A DNA stretch of 51,933 nt, taken from a virus (taxonomy: Duplodnaviria; Caudoviricetes). The notes beneath the pieces were generated by a model. It made no database searches, was not told where the DNA came from, and saw only the letters and a list, made by a program, of their open reading frames with translations. Shown one piece after another: positions 16,455 to 26,827 of the stretch (positions within the stretch are counted from its first letter, which is position 1; each line of letters opens with the position of its first letter). Where the stretch lies: the IMG/VR virus record IMGVR_UViG_3300043707_000134, positions 1 through 51,933 of that record; one strand, written 5' to 3'. The position numbers and the translations under genes were made by a program.

Positions 16455-16819
16455 CAGTGTCGCTCCTCTATCGGCTTCTTGAGCAGCTCGAGTATCTGAG
16501 CCAACTCGCTCCCATTCTGGCGCGACTGGGCGTAACTCTTCTCCACCGCATCGTTGTACGAGGTCCTGTTGACCTCCAGCTGGCGGATGATGAGCTCAAC
16601 CTGGGCGGGTTCCACGCAGCGGCCAAGCATCGCCGAGGTCTCCCGCTGGTGCTCGAGGATCAGGTTGACGAGTTGAGACTTCGATGACTCGAATGACGAC
16701 CCCTGGTACCAGACGAAGCCGAGGAGGCCGAAGCACATAACGATCATGGCGAAGGTGGCAGGGTTGCCCTCCTTTAGCGCATCAACCGTCTTTCCCGCCA
16801 CGTCAGAGATAGGCGCCAT
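16454..16819 (-). CDS. single-TM coiled-coil protein of lysis cassette (holin/spanin-like)
   Basis: Hydrophobic FAMIVMCFGLLGFVWY then helical domain; directly downstream of endolysin. Confidence 0.6.
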   Translation of the reverse strand: MAPISDVAGKTVDALKEGNPATFAMIVMCFGLLGFVWYQGSSFESSKSQLVNLILEHQRETSAMLGRCVEPAQVELIIRQLEVNRTSYNDAVEKSYAQSRQNGSELAQILELLKKPIEERH

Positions 16820-16837
16820 GCGAGGCTCCCTGTAGGT

Positions 16838-18589
16838 TCAAGCCACCGGCTCGAGAAGCTCCTGCACCTGGAGGAGCATCTCGTCTGCCTCTACTCGTAC
16901 TTCAGCCTCGCGCCTGTTGATCGGGCCGTAGTGCTTCCTTAGATTGCGAACGGAGACGCCGGCCACCTCGCAGGCAAAGCGAGGAAGGTTCTTGGCCATG
17001 TCCTGGAACTTCCTGCCGTCCCCGCTGCCGTGGCTCGACCACATCGATGCCGTGCAGGTGACCCCCTCCTCAAAGATGTGCTTGTAACCCTCCGCGCCGG
17101 CCTCGTACTCATCGAACAACCCGCGCATGATCGCGGGCGAGCAGTGGCGAGCGTTCCAGCTGGTCTGCCACGCGCCCGCCTCTGCGGTCTCCGCGGTGAC
17201 GTTGCTCGCACTCACGTCCCTCCCCACGCAGTGCCTCCCCGTGCTCTCCCTCATCCCCAGTCCAATCAGGAAGACGTAGGTGTGCCTCAGCGTGTCGAGG
17301 CCAGGAACGTCGTTGGGCATCCCTCTGTCACGAAAGATTGCGTCGTACCACGTGAGCGCGTCGCGCTCGCCGTCGCCGGTCTTGGCCTTCGCTAGGTCTA
17401 CGAAGGCCGGCAGTCGCGCGTGAAAGCCGCGAACTGCGCAAGCGTAGGAGACGGCCACGCCCTTGATGAAGCCGGGAGGAGCTCGCCCCCGGTTGAGCCA
17501 GTTGTAGCGCGCCACTGCTGAGCCCCCAGCCATGCTCGCGATTCTTGAGACCTCCGCCTGCGTGAGCGGCGCCGACGGAGGCTCATAAGGGGGGAGGGAG
17601 AAGACTCGCTCGAGGGCTCCCCAGGTGATCGGGCCGACGACCCCGTCGGCCGTGAGGCTCTGTTGGCGCTGGAAGCTCTTGACCGCAGCATCGGTGATGC
17701 TCCCGAAGATGCCGTCGACCGGCTTGACGCCGAGCGCCTCCTGCACCGTTACGACGTGGACGCCGCGAGAACCGCTGCGAATGGTCGGTCGGTTGGTTGG
17801 GGGAGGCAGAGGTGGGGGAGGAGGCTGCCCCGGCTCGATCTGAAAGTCCTCCCCGTCGACCGTTACGATTACGTCTCCCTCGTGCTCCAGCGTGAGCTTG
17901 ATCGCGTTGCCCAGGCTGGGGTCACCCGAGATGAGGTCGTTGTTGACCAGGATCGCGGCGTGGCCCTTGGTCTTGAACACAATGTCCACCACGTTCTGGC
18001 CCGTCGGCTCCTGCGGGGGCGGCGTGGGTGGTGGAGGAGGAGGCTCGACGGGAGGAGGCTGGGGTGACGGCGTGCTTATCTTCACGTTGCCTATGGTCTC
18101 TGCGATGGTGCGGCAGATGGCCTCGAAGTTCTTCTTGTAGAGGTCGGCGTCACCGCGGTTGTCAACAAAGCAGACCTCGAGGAGGATCGCTGGCTTGGCG
18201 ACGCGATTCAAGAAGCCTAGATCAGTGCGCTTCTTGCCGCCTCGGTTGACGAAGCCTCCGGCCCTGGCTATGGCTGCGGAGACGTCAGAGGCGAGCTTGC
18301 TCTGGGTGACCCACAGCACCTCCGTGCCTCGCGCCGTGCCGTTGAACGCGTTGAAGTGGACAGAGACGTCGCGATCCCTGGCCTGGCGATTGTGCCAGGT
18401 TACGATCGCACTGATGTTGGCACTCTGGGTCCTGCTGGCATTGTCGTGAAAAACGTGAGTCGTAACTCCGGCTCCCCGCAGGAGAGCGGCCACGCGATCG
18501 GTGACCCTGCGGTTCTCGTCGACTTCATCGAGGAACCCCTTGGCTCCCCTGATGTAGAGGCCGTGGCCGGAGCTGATCGCGATCCTCAT
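16838..18589 (-). CDS. modular endolysin: Amidase_3 + peptidoglycan-binding domain + putative lysozyme-like C-terminal domain
   Basis: Start MRIAISSGHG after GGAGGA; SVHFNA, GTEV, PAILLEVCFVDN; DGIFGSITDAAVKSFQ..LTADGVVGPITW; C-terminal GMRESTG...EAGAWQTS. Confidence 0.88.
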   Translation of the reverse strand: MRIAISSGHGLYIRGAKGFLDEVDENRRVTDRVAALLRGAGVTTHVFHDNASRTQSANISAIVTWHNRQARDRDVSVHFNAFNGTARGTEVLWVTQSKLASDVSAAIARAGGFVNRGGKKRTDLGFLNRVAKPAILLEVCFVDNRGDADLYKKNFEAICRTIAETIGNVKISTPSPQPPPVEPPPPPPTPPPQEPTGQNVVDIVFKTKGHAAILVNNDLISGDPSLGNAIKLTLEHEGDVIVTVDGEDFQIEPGQPPPPPLPPPTNRPTIRSGSRGVHVVTVQEALGVKPVDGIFGSITDAAVKSFQRQQSLTADGVVGPITWGALERVFSLPPYEPPSAPLTQAEVSRIASMAGGSAVARYNWLNRGRAPPGFIKGVAVSYACAVRGFHARLPAFVDLAKAKTGDGERDALTWYDAIFRDRGMPNDVPGLDTLRHTYVFLIGLGMRESTGRHCVGRDVSASNVTAETAEAGAWQTSWNARHCSPAIMRGLFDEYEAGAEGYKHIFEEGVTCTASMWSSHGSGDGRKFQDMAKNLPRFACEVAGVSVRNLRKHYGPINRREAEVRVEADEMLLQVQELLEPVA

Positions 18590-18620
18590 CTTGGTCCTCC
18601 AGTACGGGAGCAGGATGATC

Positions 18621-18845
18621 TTAGCGCCTGCGACAGGCGCTGTCGTCTGGGTAGTGGCGGCAGAAGGAGGCCGCGCGGGCCTTGATGGCAGCGCGCTCCT
18701 GAGCGCGGTGGCTAGTCGCTCGATGATGCCTCGCCGCAGGAGCCGTTGCACAGTTGAGCTGTCCCATGTAATCCACGGAGCAGTTCTGCTGACCCGCGGC
18801 TGGGGCCGAGAGGAAGAGAGCGATTGCGATCAGTGTCAGTCTCAT
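18621..18845 (-). CDS. small exported Cys-containing protein
   Basis: Signal-peptide-like N-terminus, 74 aa. Confidence 0.6.
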   Translation of the reverse strand: MRLTLIAIALFLSAPAAGQQNCSVDYMGQLNCATAPAARHHRATSHRAQERAAIKARAASFCRHYPDDSACRRR

Positions 18846-19226
18846 CTACGATGGGAGTCCCTTGCTTCGATCAGTGAGCACCGGGAACGGTCCAAAGCGG
18901 CCGAGCATTTGTGAATCTCGATAAGGGCAATCCGGCTTGTGATTAAACTCATCCGGTGACAAGTCGCTGACGGGCGCGCGCTCGCCATACATGGCCGCGC
19001 CAACCCACACCTTGAGCGGTTCATCAAATGCGCAGCGATCGCACAAGGCCGCGAGTGCGCCTTGCGGATCGAGGCCGCAAGCGGCACAACCCCAACCCGG
19101 ATTGGTTGGACCGCGCCGGGCGATCATGGTGACGGTCCACACGTTTTCCTCTGATCCGCAATTACAGCATCCGCCGAATTTCGCCGGGCCAGGTTTGACG
19201 TAGAGTCGTTTGATCACGAGGCTCAT
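18846..19226 (-). CDS. Cys-rich hypothetical protein
   Basis: CCNC, CAAC, CDRC motifs; ATGA overlap. Confidence 0.65.
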   Translation of the reverse strand: MSLVIKRLYVKPGPAKFGGCCNCGSEENVWTVTMIARRGPTNPGWGCAACGLDPQGALAALCDRCAFDEPLKVWVGAAMYGERAPVSDLSPDEFNHKPDCPYRDSQMLGRFGPFPVLTDRSKGLPS

Positions 19227-19843
19227 TCCGGTTCCTCAATTGGTTGATCGGCGCGTGGGAGCACATTAAATTCATCGTCTATTTGCTCTGCGGTTGTTAT
19301 GTTGCCGCCTATGATTTCTTCAATGACTATGCGTTCCGCAGCAAAACATCTTTGGATGTGTTCGGCGACTTCAATCGCCAGCGCTTCCATCTGATTCTTG
19401 TGGAGTTCAACAAACTCCGTTGCTGATTTCTTCCATTGCACAGTGCGATCGGGATTGTTCATCAGGAACGCATAGGCGCCGTTGATCATGCCTTGGCTCT
19501 CACGATCGGTGAGCACGCCAAATCCGTGCGAGGTTATCATCCCGCCGGTCTCGGTTTGCCAGCGCACGAGCGCCGCATAGTTGATGAGATCATCAACAAC
19601 ATCTCCGAGCTCGAGCACTTGTTGCACAACGCCATCGATGCGCTCGATGTGGAAGCCTATGACGGTGCGGCCCTTCGGTCCCTGGATTTCTCGAACACGA
19701 AAGAGACCTACCTCGGCGAGTTCCTGATCACTCCACGTGTTTGTGATTTCCCACCGCTGATGCACACCATGCGCATCGCGCACACTCTCGGCGTGGCGCA
19801 CGAGCGTAAAGCGATCCGGCTCATCTTCGCGAGCGATCAACAT
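19223..19843 (-). CDS. DUF4376-like tail fibre-associated protein
   Basis: YAALVRWQTETGG...TDRESQGMI...WK...HIQRCFAAE; located after fibre genes. Confidence 0.7.
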   Translation of the reverse strand: MLIAREDEPDRFTLVRHAESVRDAHGVHQRWEITNTWSDQELAEVGLFRVREIQGPKGRTVIGFHIERIDGVVQQVLELGDVVDDLINYAALVRWQTETGGMITSHGFGVLTDRESQGMINGAYAFLMNNPDRTVQWKKSATEFVELHKNQMEALAIEVAEHIQRCFAAERIVIEEIIGGNITTAEQIDDEFNVLPRADQPIEEPE

Positions 19844-19853
19844 GATTGATCCT

Positions 19854-21761
19854 CTATTGCGGCCATGTGATAGGAAAGGTTTTAATCTCGGCTGCTGGCC
19901 ACACGTTCGAGATGTTTTGCGCGTCTATTGTTACCCAAAAATTTCCGTTTTCCGATGCTTGCAGAGTCCAAGCTGTCGGAGACACATTGGCCGCGCTTGA
20001 TGCTTGAATCGAATAAGAGTCAGGACGCACGGTCACGCCCGGCCCAAAATCAATCATGATTGTAATCGGTCCCGCACTAGGTGCTGTCGCTTGATAGGCC
20101 CAAGTGCCAGAATTTCTATCAACCGCATACCACGCTGGAAAACTTGGGTGCCAAGCCGGACCAGAAACCGAAACATTTCCGACCGGACTAGCACTCGTGA
20201 ACTGTGGAATTTGATTGGTGCCAGCAATGTTTAATGTCACTTCTGCGATATAGATTGACGTGCCCCAATTTGTGAAATTCCATCGCCAGTAACGATAAGA
20301 TGCCGCAATCGGTAGCGGTTTCGGATCACACCAAGGCCCGGTCTGTGGAGTGAAGTTGCTGGTGTAGCGCGCCATATTAGAAATGCGCGCTTCATCCAAA
20401 AAACCGGCGAGCGCCCAAGAGGAGTTAGGACAAGTCCCGCCAGTGCCAAAACAAAAAGTGCCATTAAACAAATCGATAGAATTAGCTTGTGTGTTACCAA
20501 ATTGAGTCCCGTTAACATACATCGTCAACTGTTGGTTTTGCCGGACCAGCGCATAATGATTCCAAGTGTTGTTGGCGGGAAGTGTTGGTCCGCTGAAACT
20601 GAGTGATCCACCCCAATAAAACGCTAATGTTGTGGTGCTGGTTGTATATAATTGGACTTGCGGCGTGCTCGAACCAAAGAACATCGGATTGGCACCAGAG
20701 AACGCGCCAACGTTCGCCCAAAATTCAACGGTGAAATCATCAGTAGTGCCGAAAGCTGGTGCCGGTGCAAAATTGAATGTGCTACCGGCGGCCGTCACTG
20801 CCAGCGAGTGAGTCCCAAATTTAGCTGTTGCTCTTGTAAACGATGCTGCTGCACCTGAAAGCGTTCCATCTCTCTGCGAGAGGCTACTGTCCGTGCCAGT
20901 GCCATTAAAATGATAAAGACTAACGACGTTTGTATCGCTGCCGCCGCCTTGATCGTTTGCTACGCAAGTCTCGACCGGCAGTTTCGGATCACAGAATGGC
21001 AGCGTTGGCGGCGTGAAACTTGTTCCGTTAGGATAGCGCGCGACGCTTGAGATGCGCACCTCATCAACAAAGCTACCCGCTGGCATTTGATAGGAGGTAT
21101 GACCCTTGCCAATCCAAAATGCTGTTGTCGTGTTGCCAATTACAGTGAGGCCCGTTGCTGTATTAGCTCCCGGCAACATCTGACCGTTAATATAGATGTA
21201 GCCAATGTTGCCTTGACGTACATAAGCAAAATGAATCCACTGTTGTGCTTGAGGCACAAAATTCGCCCAAGGACTCTGTACGGTGCCGCCCGCCGCGATG
21301 TTATAGAAATGTGCTGATCCATTCGCACCAGCAAGCCAAGTTGTGTTGTTGTCCCCTATCCATGAGTACAGATTGCCTGCTGGTGGTCCCGTCCCACCGA
21401 AGTACGCCCATCCTTCAATTGTAAAATCTGTGTTAGCGGGTATGAGATTTTGATTTTGGGTAATGGTCGCAAAGTCTGCTTGTGTTCCAACAGCCAGCGA
21501 CTTGCCGCCGAATTTTGATTGTGCTGTCGAAATACTTGCAGCACCGTTCAATGTGAGATTTCGTTTGTCGAAACCTGAATCATTCAAATCATCCAAATGC
21601 CAAAGAGCAACAACGTCGTTGTCGGTGCCGTTGTCAGTGTTAGCTGTGCAAGCGAGTGCGGCCTGGCCCATCATGGCCGGATTGAACGTGCCGGGGAGCT
21701 GCGCGCATGCGAGAGACGTGACCAACAACAACAAGCCAGCAAGGATGAGTCGTGCTTTCAT
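19854..21761 (-). CDS. tandem LamG/concanavalin A-like domain protein with C-terminal discoidin-like domain
   Basis: Two repeats of ..H(L/F)...KFG..SL...DFT(I/V)E.W...W.H.A.VR...DE.RIS..ARY; N-terminal signal-like [20 protein letters not shown]. Confidence 0.8.
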   Translation of the reverse strand: MKARLILAGLLLLVTSLACAQLPGTFNPAMMGQAALACTANTDNGTDNDVVALWHLDDLNDSGFDKRNLTLNGAASISTAQSKFGGKSLAVGTQADFATITQNQNLIPANTDFTIEGWAYFGGTGPPAGNLYSWIGDNNTTWLAGANGSAHFYNIAAGGTVQSPWANFVPQAQQWIHFAYVRQGNIGYIYINGQMLPGANTATGLTVIGNTTTAFWIGKGHTSYQMPAGSFVDEVRISSVARYPNGTSFTPPTLPFCDPKLPVETCVANDQGGGSDTNVVSLYHFNGTGTDSSLSQRDGTLSGAAASFTRATAKFGTHSLAVTAAGSTFNFAPAPAFGTTDDFTVEFWANVGAFSGANPMFFGSSTPQVQLYTTSTTTLAFYWGGSLSFSGPTLPANNTWNHYALVRQNQQLTMYVNGTQFGNTQANSIDLFNGTFCFGTGGTCPNSSWALAGFLDEARISNMARYTSNFTPQTGPWCDPKPLPIAASYRYWRWNFTNWGTSIYIAEVTLNIAGTNQIPQFTSASPVGNVSVSGPAWHPSFPAWYAVDRNSGTWAYQATAPSAGPITIMIDFGPGVTVRPDSYSIQASSAANVSPTAWTLQASENGNFWVTIDAQNISNVWPAAEIKTFPITWPQ

Positions 21762-22633
21762 TTCACGTCCTTGATCAACGGGCCGCCAATGCAATAGGCC
21801 GTTGACACGCACACATAGGGGATCACGTCAACGCTCGCCGCTGGCGTCGAGAGCACATAGTTGCATCCGCCGGGACAATGAAAGCTGCCGCTGAGTGCCG
21901 GCGGGATGGTGCGCCCGCCGGTGCCATCTTGAATAAATCGCAACATGCCGGCTTGGCCGGCTTTCATGTTGCTCGCGGTGATCGATGTGATGTTCCCTGT
22001 AAGAGTCATCGAAGCATTGATAAAAGCATTAAAGTCTATTGTTGGAGTTGCGCTGTACGTGAGTGCTAGTTCCGACGTAAACACTCTATCGGCCGCAAGC
22101 ACCTTGTTTGTGGTCGCACTCATGAATTGCGCGGCCGTCGCAAAATCCGCCGCAATCGTTCCGCCGCCCGCCACACTGCCACCAGACAAGCCAGTACCAG
22201 CAATGACAAAGCCAGTTGCAAGTCGCGCGCTCGCGAGCGTGCCCGATCCAATGTTGCTTGCATTCGTGGTGTCAGTTTTCGCCGAGGCCGCAAACGTAAC
22301 GCCGCCGGTTTTTGTGCACGTGAAATTTGGCGCCGCAAATGTGCAATCTCCACCGACTACAAAGCCGGTGAAGATGCCACCATTGTTGTAGAACATATTG
22401 CCGGATGCGCCGCCAGTAATCGGCGTGCCACCGGCCTCGATCGTCACGCCGCCCGCGGCCGGCACATCCGCCGGCGTGAGCGCGCGAAAGCCGGGGAGTC
22501 CAGCTCCCCCCGTCGCCGGCCCGGCGCAAACCGTGTTCGCATTCGGTTGCCCGGTGCATTGCGCGCGGCCTGGATCGATCGCGATCAACAACAACACGAG
22601 CGCGAGGGCGATCGCTTTTAGTGAATTGACCAT
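21758..22633 (-). CDS. Gly/Thr/Ala-rich tail fibre-like protein with signal-like N-terminus
   Basis: C-terminal TLTGNIT...[28 protein letters not shown] fibre-tip-like motif. Confidence 0.65.
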   Translation of the reverse strand: MVNSLKAIALALVLLLIAIDPGRAQCTGQPNANTVCAGPATGGAGLPGFRALTPADVPAAGGVTIEAGGTPITGGASGNMFYNNGGIFTGFVVGGDCTFAAPNFTCTKTGGVTFAASAKTDTTNASNIGSGTLASARLATGFVIAGTGLSGGSVAGGGTIAADFATAAQFMSATTNKVLAADRVFTSELALTYSATPTIDFNAFINASMTLTGNITSITASNMKAGQAGMLRFIQDGTGGRTIPPALSGSFHCPGGCNYVLSTPAASVDVIPYVCVSTAYCIGGPLIKDVK

Positions 22634-24018
22634 CCGGTGTTCACTCCGTCGCTATAGGGTACAAAGCGCACGGCGGCAAAATTTGTTCGGATCGACACGA
22701 GGGCGAGGCCATCGCAAAGCTGCCCACCTGAAAACGAGACGTTGATGTTGTTAGTCGCCGCTCGACCAGCGGCATCCTTAACGATCACCGGGCGGCCTTG
22801 CCGTTGATTGGCATCGGGAAGAATGCATGTCGGCGTGCCGGTGTCGATGTTGATGTTGACCACCTCATCGACGGTCGTGACCACGATCGGCGCCGTGTTT
22901 ACGCTTCGCTGCGCGGCCGGCCGCGGATAGCCGACAAGATCATTATAGCTGCCTGTGCTCGCCACCGCGGCGAGCTGCAAATTGTTGCGGGCGGCCGCTT
23001 TGTCCAATAGATCGGACAAATTCAATTGCCGGAGCATATCGCCGGAACCGTCGCCGGCCGGACCTGGCAAGCCATCGATCCCGCGGATGCCGGCAAGCGA
23101 GACGTTCCAATCGGCAAAGGTGCCGGCGCCGTTGATGTACTCGACCATCACGGTCATGCCGACCCCGGCCGGATTGTATGCGGTGATGCGGCCTTCCATC
23201 CAATTTGTTGGTGATGAATTCGAGACTAAGCGAACCCGCGAACCAACAACATAAGCAAAACCGAGTTGCGAAAGATTGAGCGTCACCGGACCGACTTGCA
23301 CCGGCACGCTCGACATCGAAAAGCCGCCATACCCGGGACCGGCGGGACCGTTGGCCCCTTGGTTCCCTGGTGGACCGGGCGCCCCGATGTTTCCTGATAA
23401 GCCGATCGGGCCGCGTTGCCCTTCTGGCCCCTCGGGACCGGGATCGCCTTGAATGCCTTGCGGACCGGGCGGCCCCACCGCAAGCAACAAACCCGAGGCC
23501 GGCCAAGCCGTGCCGTCATATGGTCCCCATAGATATGCGGGATCACCGGCCGTGCCTGAAAATTGCAAATAGTAATCGCCTTGCACCGCGCTCGGCGGAT
23601 TGCCAATGCTCGGCGTCGCGGCACCGTGAAAGATGATGTTGCCGGGCCGGCCGGCCGTGCCTGAAATGCCGGGGATGCCTTGCTCGCCGCGCTCGCCCGT
23701 AACGCTTAATCGCCAATCTTCATGCGAGAATGCATCACGAGTCGGACAAAGCAAATCGATGTTGGCTTGCAAGATGCCATCGGCAAAATCGGTTACGACT
23801 CCTTCCATCCAATTATTTTGCGGATCGGCTTCCGAGGTGAAGCGAACGCGCGTGCCGACCTGATACGCAAGATCGATCGGATTGGTGATGAAAGTGCGCG
23901 GACCAACACTGATAACTCCCGGCGTGATACTGGTGCCGTCATACGATGCGCCGGCCGGGCCGGGAGGGCCAATGTTGCCGGCCTGACCGGCGATCACAGT
24001 AACGGAATGAATCGTCAT
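22618..24018 (-). CDS. collagen-like repeat tail fibre protein
   Basis: Gly-X-Y runs; internal duplicated domain (AYxVGxRVR...NWMEG...DWxxS). Confidence 0.8.
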   Translation of the reverse strand: MTIHSVTVIAGQAGNIGPPGPAGASYDGTSITPGVISVGPRTFITNPIDLAYQVGTRVRFTSEADPQNNWMEGVVTDFADGILQANIDLLCPTRDAFSHEDWRLSVTGERGEQGIPGISGTAGRPGNIIFHGAATPSIGNPPSAVQGDYYLQFSGTAGDPAYLWGPYDGTAWPASGLLLAVGPPGPQGIQGDPGPEGPEGQRGPIGLSGNIGAPGPPGNQGANGPAGPGYGGFSMSSVPVQVGPVTLNLSQLGFAYVVGSRVRLVSNSSPTNWMEGRITAYNPAGVGMTVMVEYINGAGTFADWNVSLAGIRGIDGLPGPAGDGSGDMLRQLNLSDLLDKAAARNNLQLAAVASTGSYNDLVGYPRPAAQRSVNTAPIVVTTVDEVVNINIDTGTPTCILPDANQRQGRPVIVKDAAGRAATNNINVSFSGGQLCDGLALVSIRTNFAAVRFVPYSDGVNTGWSIH

Positions 24019-24461
24019 GTTGACACCGTTGCGATCGTTCCGTTGATCGCGCTCACTGCCGTGGTTCGCGTCGCCGGCGGATCGGTGCGCGTCACGCCTT
24101 GAATCACTGTCACCGTTGCTTGCACGATGTTGCGCGTGTAGCCATCCGCGCGCGCCAGCATGTCAAACACATAGTCGCCGGTGAGCACCGTTTTCATTGT
24201 TGTTGCTGGCACCAAGAGTTGCCACGTGTTGGCATAGACCTTGATCAAACCGTTGTAGGTCGAGGCGCGCAGCATCACAGTCGCGACCGGAGGGGAGCTG
24301 CGCAAGTTGAGATCAAAATCGATGCCGCTCAAATCCAGCGGATCGGCGTTTTCATCTTCGCTCGACCAATACTCTAAACCATCGAGCCAATCGGAATTGT
24401 TTGATACCTCGATCCCGAGGATCGCGATTGGCATCAACAAAATTGAGCTACTTGTTCTCAT
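24015..24461 (-). CDS. tail-associated hypothetical protein
   Basis: PLDLSG...GDYVFDMLA beta-sandwich-like pattern, in fibre module. Confidence 0.65.
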   Translation of the reverse strand: MRTSSSILLMPIAILGIEVSNNSDWLDGLEYWSSEDENADPLDLSGIDFDLNLRSSPPVATVMLRASTYNGLIKVYANTWQLLVPATTMKTVLTGDYVFDMLARADGYTRNIVQATVTVIQGVTRTDPPATRTTAVSAINGTIATVST

Positions 24462-24700
24462 GGAATGCGCGACCCTCGCGGACGATGCCGCTTATGACGG
24501 AAGCCATGTTTCGGTGGCTCTGTACTTCCTGTTTCACCTGTGGCCGCTGCGGCTCGACGCGGACTAGGCATTGCAGCTTTCAATGCATTAAGAGCCTCTG
24601 TAACGTCTGCCCGACCGGGATCATCTTTGGGCATTTCCGCGAGCGCAGTTTCAAGATGTTGAATCGCAAGATCACTTGGCCTTGCCATGAAGTGCTCCAT
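24458..24700 (-). CDS. small hypothetical protein
   Basis: Part of ORF 24458..24742 from MEHFMARPS; start uncertain. Confidence 0.5.
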   Translation of the reverse strand: MEHFMARPSDLAIQHLETALAEMPKDDPGRADVTEALNALKAAMPSPRRAAAATGETGSTEPPKHGFRHKRHRPRGSRIP

Positions 24701-25140
24701 TAACTTGCAAACCCTTGTAGTGAGTCGGGCGGAACCGGCCAATTCGCCGATGGAACGGCGAACACCACCAGCTCATCGAACGTCATGACGCTTACTTGAT
24801 CACTCACGATGTTGCTATAATTGCGAACATCGTTAATCCAATCAAAAACCGCAGTTGCATCATCGAATTCGGCACCAGACGTTTCGCTATGCAGAATAAA
24901 CAACAAATTGTTCTGATACCAAAGCGGTGCTAGGTTGAGAATTAATTGTGATGCGAAGTTGTTCACCCATCCCTGCGCAATGCTCCGTAAACCCGGTGAA
25001 CTCATGGTCACTCCGTTCAGCAATGTCACTGTCGTATCATCAAGCGGCATAGGCTCACTCGACCAGTTGCCGTCATCCGCTTGAATTATATTTGTAAAGA
25101 ATCGTGGATCAGGCCGATCTTTGGTGATCACGGGCGCCAT
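24700..25140 (-). CDS. tail fibre assembly-like hypothetical protein
   Basis: Start MAPVITKD after GGAG; WINDVR..S...ANWP C-terminus typical of fibre chaperones. Confidence 0.6.
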   Translation of the reverse strand: MAPVITKDRPDPRFFTNIIQADDGNWSSEPMPLDDTTVTLLNGVTMSSPGLRSIAQGWVNNFASQLILNLAPLWYQNNLLFILHSETSGAEFDDATAVFDWINDVRNYSNIVSDQVSVMTFDELVVFAVPSANWPVPPDSLQGFAS

Positions 25141-25156
25141 GAGATTGACTCCGTTT

Positions 25157-26812
25157 TTAGTTTTCGATGCCGGGATAATCCGAGAGCACTGACGCGAGAT
25201 TGAAATTGATAGGAGTCCAATTATTTCCGTTGCCGCTGTAGTCACGGCCCAAAGTTGTTGTTGTTACCGCGCTGGCGTCAGACCAGTTGAGATAGCAACC
25301 GTTAAGTCCGACATTCCCTGTATAATCTTTTGGAAGAATAATGCCGCCGACATTTTCAGCAAACACGGTCCAATCTAACGCAAGGCCATCAACCAAATAA
25401 AATTCTGCCATTCGACAACGAGTACCATACCAACCACCGAGACCACCAAAATCCGGTATCTTGCCTAACGCACAAGCTCGGCCGGCAACGTTGACCGTAC
25501 CAGTTCGCCCGCCATAGCTACCTTGAGAGATCGGTCGCCCATCAAGATTCATAGTGAGATTTGTTCCATCAGCAACTAACAAAACATGATGCCATTTCGT
25601 ATCGGCCGCCGACACGCCATATTGAAACGTCCCCGCCGGGCCTTGGTATGGTCCGATTCCTGATACGGTCGCTTCCGCTAAGGCCCAATAAAGTTGCGTC
25701 ACGTTTCCTTGCGCTGATCCTGCGGTTGCCCATCCCGTAGCAGCACCACCCGTTCCGGCCGCGGCTGAAAAAAATTCGCAACTGCCGGCGGCATACGTGC
25801 CATCATCAAGCGTGCCAATGGCATACTGACTAGTGACGTTCGCAAATTCTATCGCCGTCGGATATCTAACAAATACACTAACGGTCCACGTTTGAGTGTT
25901 GCTTGTCTCTTTCGGCACCCGGAACAATGCTGATGATGTTGCTCCGCCATAACCGGGACCATGAACGAATTGCAGAGATTTCCCAATTCTACGTTTCACG
26001 ATCGGCGCACGACGTTGCGTCAAGAGTTGCCATTGTTCCGAGTCAAACATCAACCAGCAAATCATGTTGTCTTGAATGTCGCCTGCTTCGAGCGGCGAGC
26101 CATCCGGCCGGCATATCGGATGCGTCGGAAATTCGTTTGGTCGAAATGTCATCGGGCCTGTATTAATGCGATCCGATTTCACCTCGACCGTCCGGCCCTC
26201 GTTGATATTGTCGAGCGGCGGGGAAAACATTCCATCGAAATGATTGCCGGCGTCGATCGGCGAGGAATTGCGCACATACGGAACGTCAACGTTGAACGTG
26301 ATCGGGCCGCCTGGCTCTTGCGCATCCTCACCGAAATTCTGCAATTGGAAAAACGTGCCGTCGCATAACAACGTCGCAATTTGACCGGCAAGGATATCGT
26401 TCGGTTGCATCTCGGCGCCGTCCCGCCGCCGCACCGCTGTCGGATTCATTCTGTTGATCGAGATTGTTGTTGGTCCGGTCACTGTATGCGCCACAAGCAC
26501 GCGCAGCACTAAGCCGGCCTCGTATCCTCGGAATGGTGGCGCGAGCGTAACCTGGATTTGATTCAGCGGACCACCGTCAACACAAAAATTCAGTTTGCCG
26601 TCACGCGCGCCGCGGGTGAGCTGCTCTAAATCTTGATCGCTCGGTGTTTGGAACGATCGAGTAATAACACTCACGATCTCTCGTTGCGGAAATTCAAATG
26701 CTTCCGCCGGTGGAATCGATCCTTGTTGAGCAATCGACGGATCGCCGTTGACATATGAACGCTCGGGATCAGGTAGTTGACCAACATCCGGGAATGGCGG
26801 TTGATATTTCAT
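25157..26812 (-). CDS. tail fibre / receptor-binding protein, paralogue 2
   Basis: N-terminal baseplate-attachment region paralogous to 26828..28495; C-terminal LamG-like domain (DTKWHH...LGRDYSGNGNNW). Confidence 0.85.
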   Translation of the reverse strand: MKYQPPFPDVGQLPDPERSYVNGDPSIAQQGSIPPAEAFEFPQREIVSVITRSFQTPSDQDLEQLTRGARDGKLNFCVDGGPLNQIQVTLAPPFRGYEAGLVLRVLVAHTVTGPTTISINRMNPTAVRRRDGAEMQPNDILAGQIATLLCDGTFFQLQNFGEDAQEPGGPITFNVDVPYVRNSSPIDAGNHFDGMFSPPLDNINEGRTVEVKSDRINTGPMTFRPNEFPTHPICRPDGSPLEAGDIQDNMICWLMFDSEQWQLLTQRRAPIVKRRIGKSLQFVHGPGYGGATSSALFRVPKETSNTQTWTVSVFVRYPTAIEFANVTSQYAIGTLDDGTYAAGSCEFFSAAAGTGGAATGWATAGSAQGNVTQLYWALAEATVSGIGPYQGPAGTFQYGVSAADTKWHHVLLVADGTNLTMNLDGRPISQGSYGGRTGTVNVAGRACALGKIPDFGGLGGWYGTRCRMAEFYLVDGLALDWTVFAENVGGIILPKDYTGNVGLNGCYLNWSDASAVTTTTLGRDYSGNGNNWTPINFNLASVLSDYPGIEN

Positions 26813-26827
26813 GCTGGTGCATTCCGT

